Shown here: in pieces, positions 1 through 10,759 of the stretch
Layout: each line of letters begins with the position of its first letter
Position numbering within the stretch: the stretch's first letter is position 1
Source of the DNA: Octopus bimaculoides
Lineage: Eukaryota
Length of the DNA: 52,558 bases
NCBI RefSeq assembly: GCF_001194135.2
Contig: NC_068992.1
Span: 46,587,836 to 46,640,393 of the forward strand
Direction of reading: 5' to 3'
Position numbers and translations under genes: made by a program
Notes under the pieces: generated by a model
What the model was told of the DNA's origin: nothing
The model's input: only the letters and a program-made list of their open reading frames with translations
The model's database searches: none

Positions 1-2
1 AC

Positions 3-179
3 CGCCAAATTCCACTCAGTGGCCACATAGACTCTTGCGCCAGAAACAAAAACCCTAAATTCATTATATTCCCTTTCTATCAATGTAAAGACAGAATCTC
101 CACACAAGAAAGAATCAATAAGGAGAATCTTTTCATAGAGAAATTCCAACCATTTCTTAACACACACATCCCTCAGTGA
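3..179 (+). mobile_element. Penelope-like element, C-terminal end of GIY-YIG endonuclease ORF; probable 3' UTR follows to about 626
   Basis: Frame +3 is open to TGA at 177-179: RQIPLSGHIDSCARNKNPKFIIFPFYQCKDRISTQERINKENLFIEKFQPFLNTHIPQ*. The H..C, R..KE..FI.KF.P.LN pattern is the typical PLE GIY-YIG terminus. The ORF runs off the window start. Confidence 0.75.
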
Positions 180-1063
180 CCTTATTCCTCTATGAACAGA
201 CACACACTTCCTGTTAGGAAAAAAAGAGTTCATAACTTCAACTAAAAACACTTGTCTCCCCTTACACACACTTCCTTTTTTGACACCACATTTCTTGCTT
301 AACACAAACGTTTTACCCTTTTTTTAAACCTAACAAAACTCTCAACCCTCATGCATCCTTATTTTTCCTACCAATTTATACATGAACTACTATTGAACTA
401 CAAAAGCTCAAAGACAATATAATGTATGGGTATATTTATTTTTTTATATATTATTGTTTTATATATTATTTTCTTCATTTTGTACTTCTTTGTAAAAAAA
501 CATTTTCATTCTCCTTCTTCTTGATAATTTGCTTCCTCGCAATGAAAACCGGTTAGAAAAAATCTTTATTAAATTATGCTTCCAGTTCAGCATTCTGGCT
601 TTTTTTCATTTTCCTATTATTTCTCCNNNNNNNNNNNNNNNNNNNNNNNNNNNNNNNNNNNNNNNNNNNNNNNNNNNNNNNNNNNNNNNNNNNNNNNNNN
701 NNNNNNNNNNNNNNNNNNNNNNNNNNNNNNNNNNNNNNNNNNNNNNNNNNNNNNNNNNNNNNNNNNNNNNNNNNNNNNNNNNNNNNNNNNNNNNNNNNNN
801 NNNNNNNNNNNNNNNNNNNNNNNNNNNNNNNNNNNNNNNNNNNNNNNNNNNNNNNNNNNNNNNNNNNNNNNNNNNNNNNNNNNNNNNNNNNNNNNNNNNN
901 NNNNNNNNNNNNNNNNNNNNNNNNNNNNNNNNNNNNNNNNNNNNNNNNNNNNNNNNNNNNNNNNNNNNNNNNNNNNNNNNNNNNNNNNNNNNNNNNNNNN
1001 NNNNNNNNNNNNNNNNNNNNNNNNNNNNNNNNNNNNNNNNNNNNNNNNNNNNNNNNNNNNNNN

Positions 1064-1094
<31 letters not shown>

Positions 1095-3016
1095 AGAGGA
1101 TTCTTAAAATTCAATGTTTCGCCGGAGTGATGACCTATCTTACACGGTATGATGTTAATATGCATTCACTATACTCACATTCTTGGCGGCCAGTAAACTT
1201 AAACGAAGAACTATAATATATAGATCAAAACATTCTTCCAGAACAAGGAAAGATTCATGTAATAGATACGGTCTGACTTCTGAGTTCGTAATCCAGTGTC
1301 TTGTCCACACCGCAGCTATCTTATCTCAACAACGGATAGTTGACAGTAGACAGGTACAACAAACATGGGGACTACTGTCGTAACATTTGACCTTATACAG
1401 AACACAGATTTAATAACAATTCTGATGGATGTCAAGAATCAATAACGTCCGTGTTAGTAGATAAGAGATAATTGTTTGGAGATTAGAGGTTCATTAACCA
1501 TAATTATCTACAATGCTAAACTATTCACTAAAATCGATGCTCACACTAAATATTCATATATTCTACAAATCATACTGTTACGTAATAGTTCACATATACA
1601 CATACCCACCAACTGTGCAAACACGCATGTAGATGCACATATACCAATTCATATAGAATCACATACCCGAATTCGTATATTTGCTAGAATAAATACGTCT
1701 TTATATGTCTTTGTATATGTCTGTATGCACACACACACACATACACACACACACACAATTTTACATGTATGTTGCACATTCGTTCCATTAAACTTACGAC
1801 TTGCCTAAAAATATGTCACATGCATGCAAGCATACATACAGACATACATACACAATTGTACAGAAAGATTCCTTTACACATACTTACAGAGGGAATAGAC
1901 ATAACTTTAAACACATATATAAACTTAAAGGATCCGTGTATATGTTGCATCATATATACACGCACATATTGCATGTTAAACATAATGATTTCACAAGCAT
2001 ACACGCACAAGCCCAACACACAAACACACATACACACACACAAACACACGCACAATGTAACCTTTCGTGCGTCCATTTCAATATTTCAACACGTTATATA
2101 TAAATGAGATATGTCAGTCATACTTTTCAAATGCATATACATGCTTATATCTATTACTACTATATATTTTAAATAGTACACTTATATATTGTAAATATAT
2201 TTGTTAAATGTTTTATACGTAATAGTATTACTTGTATATCTTAGCATAAATTGTAGAATGTTACCACTTGATATTTTGAAAAATCGCTTGTTCTTTGATC
2301 GGTCGAAGCCAAAGATATGTCTGTGATGAAGATAGCAAGATCCCATGATGAGAGCAGATAGGAAAATAATATCTTATGGCCAGATGGGTTTGCAGCATCC
2401 GTTGAACATCAAAGAATTAATGTGTTGCGACGTTTGATACCGTCTTTAGGTTTTCACTTCAATCATTTTCAGGTTTGTTTGGTCCTTCATTCTTTTGGAG
2501 GCGATAAAATGAATACCGTTCAACTGGATGTCTTGGAATAATCGTCTCTTTTCAGCCGTTAACATCTTTGGTGCCTCTGTTAGATATATATTTCTATATC
2601 ATCCTCTCAACAATACACAGGATATAGCAATCACAAATATCTTGTTTGTTGCCATCATTGTTACCAACTCATTTCCTAGGAATTATTTTGTTAACATACC
2701 ACATAGTCCTTGTCCTCCAGAGAATCAGTCCCTCATATTTTCCATAAACGTATCAGCATATCATATTTGAAGCTTGGCATTATTGATAATATTGGTTTGA
2801 GTATTATGAAGAGATCAAAAATATCTCTGTATTCTGCCCTACAGAGTGAACTTTAAAAGTCAAAAGCAAAGGAGTAATTGAAAATCATCAAATTCAACTA
2901 TGTATTGATTTATTTAAATCAATAAGAGTGAAAGGTCTGTTATTTTTGAGACAACTGTCTTACAGGTGAATTTTTTGTGTGGGCATATACGTGTATGTGT
3001 GTAAGGGGGTTGTATA

Positions 3017-3060
<44 letters not shown>

Positions 3061-3303
3061 NNNNNNNNNNNNNNNNNNNNNNNNNNNNNNNNNNNNNNNN
3101 NNNNNNNNNNNNNNNNNNNNNNNNNNNNNNNNNNNNNNNNNNNNNNNNNNNNNNNNNNNNNNNNNNNNNNNNNNNNNNNNNNNNNNNNNNNNNNNNNNNN
3201 NNNNNNNNNNNNNNNNNNNNNNNNNNNNNNNNNNNNNNNNNNNNNNNNNNNNNNNNNNNNNNNNNNNNNNNNNNNNNNNNNNNNNNNNNNNNNNTATATA
3301 TAT

Positions 3304-3416
3304 ACGACGGGCTTCTTTTAATTTCCATCTGCCAAATCCACTACCAAGGCTTTGGTCGGCCCGAGGCAAATGTAAAAGTCATTTGGCCATGGTGATACGC
3401 AGTTGGAATAAACCCG
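3304..3416 (-). mobile_element. tRNA-type SINE, window family A, degenerate copy
   Basis: acgacgggcttc...ccaaatccactaccaaggctttggtcggcccgaggc is the reverse complement of the body seen at 24898-25030 and 4452-4585 (shared ccaaagcctt core). Confidence 0.75.
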
Positions 3417-4451
3417 TTGAATATTTATAAATAATGTGTGTGGTTAATACACTACTGGATGCTATTACAGACTTTTACATTCTTCTTGAAATACCCATAT
3501 ACTACAAACATTCATCTAAATGTTCAAAGAAATAGAATTATTTTTGCCGTATACTAAAGTTCCTGCTTGGGAGTGCTCCTCACATGGCCATCACTTAAAA
3601 CAGCTGCCGTTGCCATATTTCTTGTCGTCTTAATGAATTTACATTTTGCGTTACGAAATCTAGGTCTGCCTTGAAATAAACAAATGCCGCTAATATGGAA
3701 GTTCATCAAGGCTACGTTACGAACAACCACAGAAATATGTTAACTGCCAAGTTATACTGTTTTTAATATATTAAAACTAACCTCCACATTATAGGTTCCC
3801 TCCATATATAAAAGCATGTGTGTGTGTGTTTATGTATGTGTATGTGAGTGGGACGTGTGTGTGTACATATGCGTGCATATGTACATGTATATGTATATAT
3901 GTATATGGATATATAAGTATGTGATCATGTACGTGTATGTGAATGTATTTGTGCATATATATATATATGACTTTATGTATGCATGTGCGGTTGCATGCGC
4001 GAGTGTGTGCGCATGTGTGTGCGTATGTGTGTGCGTGTGTGTATGTGTGTTTGTGTCTGTGTGTGTGTACGCTTTTCACCAACAATTACATCGCATTAAT
4101 ATCCACTTACTCTGTAGATATTTCCTGCTTTCAGACGACTTAGAACCAACCTTTACTGACAAGATTCTATTATAATGATAAATTGCTGTTGACATAAGAA
4201 TTGTTCGAATGACCTCTAAATTAGAGTCGCTGATTAGACAATCACTTTCCTTCTCAAATTGTCAAACAATTTTTTTTCTTCCTTTCTCGCCTCCAACTTT
4301 AAATATCATTTCAGTCACCATTCTTACTTCCACCTGTGATTGCATTCTTTGTTAACTTGATCTTTGTTGCATCATATTTTTCTCTCTGCTTTTTAAATAT
4401 ACCTATCGAAAAACGTTTGTAGCAACTGTAGAAGTTCTTATATACATACAC

Positions 4452-4585
4452 AGTGGGTAGAGTGCATTCTAACCGAATGGTCCATGTTTCAGTCTCACTG
4501 CAGGCCAACTAGGCCGAATGCTTCTACTGTAGCCACAAAAGAACCAAAGCCTTCTCGTGGATATGGTTAACGGAAACATTCGTAT
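4452..4585 (+). mobile_element. tRNA-type SINE, family A, highly decayed
   Basis: B-box-like gtttcagtctc followed by cttctactgtagcc...accaaagccttctcgtggatatgg...cggaaac, collinear with the other family A copies. Confidence 0.6.
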
Positions 4586-4594
4586 ATGCGCATA

Positions 4595-4660
<66 letters not shown>

Positions 4661-5196
4661 TGCATATACACACACATATGTTTATGTATGTATACATAAT
4701 ATAGTGCTGCATTATTGGTGGACCGACAATGACGTCCTCAACCCAGTGGAAGATTAATATTACGTAATATAGACAGGATTTAAATACTATTAGCTTCAAA
4801 GGCATGAAAGCAATAATAGTTCACATTAATATGTGTGTGTGTGTGAGCGCGCGCGCGTGATTTAATGCTTTTATCTTCAGTTACAATAAAAACAATTTTA
4901 CATTTATCTGGTTGGCTACTCTATACTCTTGTAGAGTCCGAATTTCTTATTCTTTAACAAGAATATTATGGACGGTGTCTACGAAGTTTTGGACAATGAA
5001 GCCAATGATATCAATTAACTCCCCGGCCTTGTTCAACTATCTTTTCTCCTCTCATCATTCCCTCTCTCCTAGTCCCCCTCTCAAATACACTTAGGTCTCC
5101 ACATTTAACCATTCAATCTATAAAATTCTTTGCGCTAAGATTTGAAATGTAAGATCTTCTCTACCTTGACGACCGAGCCTCGTCTTATCCTATGTT

Positions 5197-5300
5197 AAAT
5201 GCGACCACATTTTGTGATGGAGTAAATTCGACCGTATTTGGTGATGGACTAAATACGACCGCATTTTGTAATGGACAAAATCTACCAACATTGTTATGGA
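5197..5300. repeat. 27-bp minisatellite, about 4 diverged copies
   Basis: Units aaatgcgaccacattttgtgatggagt / aaattcgaccgtatttggtgatggact / aaatacgaccgcattttgtaatggaca / partial fourth unit. Confidence 0.85.
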
Positions 5301-6020
5301 TCACCGAACCACCTCCAAACACTATATATAGCTAAATATGCTTTGCCATAGCATTAGTAATTAAGCTATTTTATTTCTATGGTACTCTGCCGTAATTGAT
5401 TATTTTATTTCATCTGTTTATTAATTTATAATTAGCCTTTATTTATTCATTAAAAAAAATTAAGCTAATCTTTGTATCTCTATAAATTCATACTTAACTT
5501 ATATAAAACTATACTGGTATATTCACCACATATATAAAAACAAACTGCTTAGAATATAATTTTATTAATATATAATTAGAATGTTCTTTTACCTCAATAC
5601 TCCTTTTTTAATACCAGTATATACCTATTAATCAATTTTCAAAGATACCATCTGATGAGTTAGTATTTAAGTGTACAATACAGGAGATGCACACCAAATA
5701 CCTTGAAATTTAAGCGTGTAATTAGGAATTTACCATCTATTTAAATCTGACGTTGGATATAAAAAACCGACCATTTGTCTGCATCTGAGGTAGTGCCTGC
5801 ATATTTTACCTCTAACGTGTTTGCGATTGTGTTACAAAAGTGGTGACTGTAACATATTCGATTTATGCTTTAGAGGGTGTTAGTCGTTCGATTTACCAAA
5901 TAAATTAGTCTTGGTTTTGATAGTCAATTTCCAGTCTCACTTAGAGACGGTTCTTATGTGGCACCTGACAAACAAATACCTACATACATATTATGGAGAC
6001 ACATACACACCTATATACAT

Positions 6021-6092
<72 letters not shown>

Positions 6093-6094
6093 TA

Positions 6095-6195
<101 letters not shown>

Positions 6196-6512
6196 AGTGA
6201 CATCAAGTCTAATGATATATTAGACTATTAAGATATACTATATACAGTGATAATAGAATCACGGGCAGTTTTCGCACCTATCCTTGAATCATTTACACAA
6301 ACTGGTGGCGTCGTTAGAGGCCATTTGAAATGAAGTTATTCCTCAACGACGATAAGTTCCGTGTAATTCAGCAATGAGATTCGTCAGTTTACGTTCATGA
6401 GACGAATTAGCTAACAGGAAGGCCAAGCACGTTCGCATAGTGTGTAGAAGTAAGTGTAGGCCTACATTTAGGTACGTACAGATCTTCCCGCACACATTAC
6501 ATATATGCAGGT

Positions 6513-6586
<74 letters not shown>

Positions 6587-6916
6587 ATAGTTATAAAGGC
6601 AGGCTGACTTCTGTACATGTAGATGAGAAGAGGAATGTGTGTGTGTGTAAATGTATGCATGAATGTATGAAAGTATATATGCATGTACGTGTACTTGCAT
6701 TTCCTTACGTCCCGTGCACAAGTAGATACAAACGTTTATGTGTATGCACTAATACTGGAGGTTTTTGAAAATATGCTCAAGTACATACATGTGCATGTAC
6801 ATACACGTAGTATCACATACACAAATGGACGCAAGCGTTTGTAACACACACACACATATATAAATATGCACAGAAATACATATGTGAATACCTATCTGTA
6901 TATATACATTACACGC

Positions 6917-6954
<38 letters not shown>

Positions 6955-7939
6955 NNNNNNNNNNNNNNNNNNNNNNNNNNNNNNNNNNNNNNNNNNNNNN
7001 NNNNNNNNNNNNNNNNNNNNNNNNNNNNNNNNNNNNNNNNNNNNNNNNNNNNNNNNNNNNNNNNNNNNNNNNNNNNNNNNNNNNNNNNNNNNNNNNNNNN
7101 NNNNNNNNNNNNNNNNNNNNNNNNNNNNNNNNNNNNNNNNNNNNNNNNNNNNNNNNNNNNNNNNNNNNNNNNNNNNNNNNNNNNNNNNNNNNNNNNNNNN
7201 NNNNNNNNNNNNNNNNNNNNNNNNNNNNNNNNNNNNNNNNNNNNNNNNNNNNNNNNNNNNNNNNNNNNNNNNNNNNNNNNNNNNNNNNNNNNNNNNNNNN
7301 NNNNNNNNNNNNNNNNNNNNNNNNNNNNNNNNNNNNNNNNNNNNNNNNNNNNNNNNNNNNNNNNNNNNNNNNNNNNNNNNNNNNNNNNNNNNNNNNNNNN
7401 NNNNNNNNNNNNNNNNNNNNNNNNNNNNNNNNNNNNNNNNNNNNNNNNNNNNNNNNNNNNNNNNNNNNNNNNNNNNNNNNNNNNNNNNNNNNNNNNNNNN
7501 NNNNNNNNNNNNNNNNNNNNNNNNNNNNNNNNNNNNNNNNNNNNNNNNNNNNNNNNNNNNNNNNNNNNNNNNNNNNNNNNNNNNNNNNNNNNNNNNNNNN
7601 NNNNNNNNNNNNNNNNNNNNNNNNNNNNNNNNNNNNNNNNNNNNNNNNNNNNNNNNNNNNNNNNNNNNNNNNNNNNNNNNNNNNNNNNNNNNNNNNNNNN
7701 NNNNNNNNNNNNNNNNNNNNNNNNNNNNNNNNNNNNNNNNNNNNNNNNNNNNNNNNNNNNNNNNNNNNNNNNNNNNNNNNNNNNNNNNNNNNNNNNNNNN
7801 NNNNNNNNNNNNNNNNNNNNNNNNNNNNNNNNNNNNNNNNNNNNNNNNNNNNNNNNNNNNNNNNNNNNNNNNNNNNNNNNNNNNNNNNNNNNNNNNNNNN
7901 NNNNNNNNNNNTATATATATATATAAATAAATAAATATG

Positions 7940-8013
<74 letters not shown>

Positions 8014-8190
8014 CATATATACATATATATGTTTACGTTTTACATATACATATAATAGGCACTTATGTATATATACATTTATTTGTTAATTATAAACTTT
8101 AATGTTGATATATATAAATATATGTGTGTGTAGCTGGTGTGTGCATATTTATGTGCAAATATATGCATCTATGCATATACGTGTGTGTAT

Positions 8191-8235
<45 letters not shown>

Positions 8236-8552
8236 TATAGTAATTACCTTCCAAGCATTCACAAAGGTAGAGAGAGACAGACAGACAGAATATCTGAAGA
8301 CTAGATATATTTACCTATTTGAAGACTATGGAAAATATTTACAAAACATTTCACTTAATTTTTTTTTTCTAATTTAATTGTTTTTTTTTTATTTTACTCG
8401 TAGTTGAAAAGTCTAAACGACGGAAACCGGTACTAAAATGTACTTCATGATAAATTATTTTAACATTTTCTACCTTGTCTTTTTTTCCTTGTACATTTCA
8501 GCTCTTGTGTTACCGTTCAACCTTCTACTTATATACAGATATACGTACATAT

Positions 8553-8591
<39 letters not shown>

Positions 8592-9264
8592 CANNNNNNN
8601 NNNNNNNNNNNNNNNNNNNNNNNNNNNNNNNNNNNNNNNNNNNNNNNNNNNNNNNNNNNNNNNNNNNNNNNNNNNNNNNNNNNNNNNNNNNNNNNNNNNN
8701 NNNNNNNNNNNNNNNNNNNNNNNNNNNNNNNNNNNNNNNNNNNNNNNNNNNNNNNNNNNNNNNNNNNNNNNNNNNNNNNNNNNNNNNNNNNNNNNNNNNN
8801 NNNNNNNNNNNNNNNNNNNNNNNNNNNNNNNNNNNNNNNNNNNNNNNNNNNNNNNNNNNNNNNNNNNNNNNNNNNNNNNNNNNNNNNNNNNNNNNNNNNN
8901 NNNNNNNNNNNNNNNNNNNNNNNNNNNNNNNNNNNNNNNNNNNNNNNNNNNNNNNNNNNNNNNNNNNNNNNNNNNNNNNNNNNNNNNNNNNNNNNNNNNN
9001 NNNNNNNNNNNNNNNNNNNNNNNNNNNNNNNNNNNNNNNNNNNNNNNNNNNNNNNNNNNNNNNNNNNNNNNNNNNNNNNNNNNNNNNNNNNNNNNNNNNN
9101 NNNNNNNNNNNNNNNNNNNNNNNNNNNNNNNNNNNNNNNNNNNNNNNNNNNNNNNNNNNNNNNNNNNNNNNNNNNNNNNNNNNNNNNNNNNNNNNNNNNN
9201 NNNNNNNNNNNNNNNNNNNNNNNNNNNNNNNNNNNNNNNNNNNNNNNNNNNNNNNNNNNNNNNN

Positions 9265-9332
<68 letters not shown>

Positions 9333-9888
9333 GAAAACAAAGTTATTCTATTCTACGCGGTTAGAAATATGGGAAAAAGAGAAGTCGAAAATGCACTGAA
9401 AATAGTTAAAATATCTTTTATTATTATATTTAAAGATTTAACTGGTTACACAGACTACACTGATTCTCAAAAAGTTGAAAGAGAAAGGCGCGGCTTATGT
9501 CGCAACTGTCTTGCCTCTGACTATCGTTCGAAGCTTTACCTATTTTTATAGGGAGTTCATGGCGCAAGTTAAGGTTTGAATAAGATTTGATTGCTAGAGG
9601 ACAGTCACATGACTGGTCTTAGAAATTTTTGTAGGTTCCTCGCTACGTCCGTTTGTTAGTTTCAATTGAAAATTTTTGGCGTTGTAATTTAAGGCTGACA
9701 CGGTTGACTGAATATGCCTAGTGAGTGTACCAAACAGTCAATGCTCTGAATATTTTCTATCACGCGTTTGTAAAGGATGAACAGGTGATTAACTTTAATT
9801 CTTGCACGCTTCCCGCTAAATCCGTGCGTTAGTGTTACGTGACAGTATATTTTGCGCCTAAAATGAAGGCCGACACGGTTGAGTGAAC

Positions 9889-10110
9889 ATGGAATACAAT
9901 AAAAATCAGCTGCCATTCCTGGATATATTAATCATCAAAAGATAAAAAAAAAACATTGAAACAGACATTCACTACAAACAGATTCTAAACAATACCTCAT
10001 CTCAAACGCACGAAGATTTCATTTCTTCTAGCAAGAAGAACCTGCACAATCTCGTAATAAACGACACCAGGTACGAAAACGCATACTACTCAAAAGACAA
10101 TATCCATTAA
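9889..10110 (+). mobile_element. Penelope-like RT C-terminal (thumb) relic with stops and frameshifts
   Basis: MEYNKNQLPFLDILIIKR*KKNIETDIHYK, then frameshifted DSKQYL and ILLKRQYPL. This matches the PLE LPFLD...T.xxxKPTD...YL pattern. Confidence 0.8.
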
Positions 10111-10111
10111 T

Positions 10112-10187
10112 GGAATTTGAACTCAAAACGTGAAGATGGACGAACTGTTACTAAGCACTTTGTCCCGCATGCTAGCGATTCTACCTG
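10112..10187 (-). mobile_element. tRNA-type SINE, window family B, 5' head only
   Basis: Reverse complement ggtagaatcgctagcatgcgggacaaagtgcttag...ttcgtccatcttcacgttttgagttcaaattcc aligns with the head of the 27791 copy. It abuts and truncates the Penelope relic. Confidence 0.75.
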
Positions 10188-10594
10188 GTCGACGCCTTTT
10201 TCGATTTTCACCCTATGTATTAACCATCTTTACTCATCATTTTCGCCGTTTGCGGCGACACTGCACCTTCTCTAATGAGGCTGAAAAAGATAAGAACAAT
10301 GAAAAGTAAAAAAAACAATAGAGACATTTACATTACCAACACTTCTGTTTTTAAAGAGATTAAAACGCGGTAAAAAGTGGAGAAAATCGATGAATAATAT
10401 TTTCCCTCTTCTAATATTTCCTTTCATAAAACTTTAAGTGTTAATGATGCTGAAAACTATTTATCTGAAGATGTCTGCATAAAGATATACTATTAAAACA
10501 ACCCCATGCTTTCACAAAAATATCTCAGGGATATTTGATTTTTAACGATCACTGATGCATCTACATATATCCTTGTACGTATATGTTCATATAA

Positions 10595-10674
<80 letters not shown>

Positions 10675-10759
10675 TTGTGTTTCTTTATATTTAATCCTGA
10701 AAATATTATTTATGTAACGTACGCACTCATTATTTTTTTTACACATTTTTAGAAATATT

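Noticed and set aside
1255-1320. Minus-strand VDKTLDYELRSQTVSIT resembling a cadherin LDYE motif
   Set aside because: Bounded by stops on both sides, with no DxD/DxNDN motifs and no splice sites in that frame.
2280-2880. High-complexity island with an acceptor-like site near 2845 and a donor-like site near 2699 (minus)
   Set aside because: All three frames close between the sites and no protein family is recognisable.
4950-5040. Minus-strand FVDTVHNILVK, faintly like the RT KAFD.V.H..L motif
   Set aside because: Too short and degenerate, with no neighbouring RT motifs.
5786-5807. TGAGGTAGT matching the first 9 nt of let-7
   Set aside because: The remaining bases diverge from let-7 and there is no properly spaced star arm.
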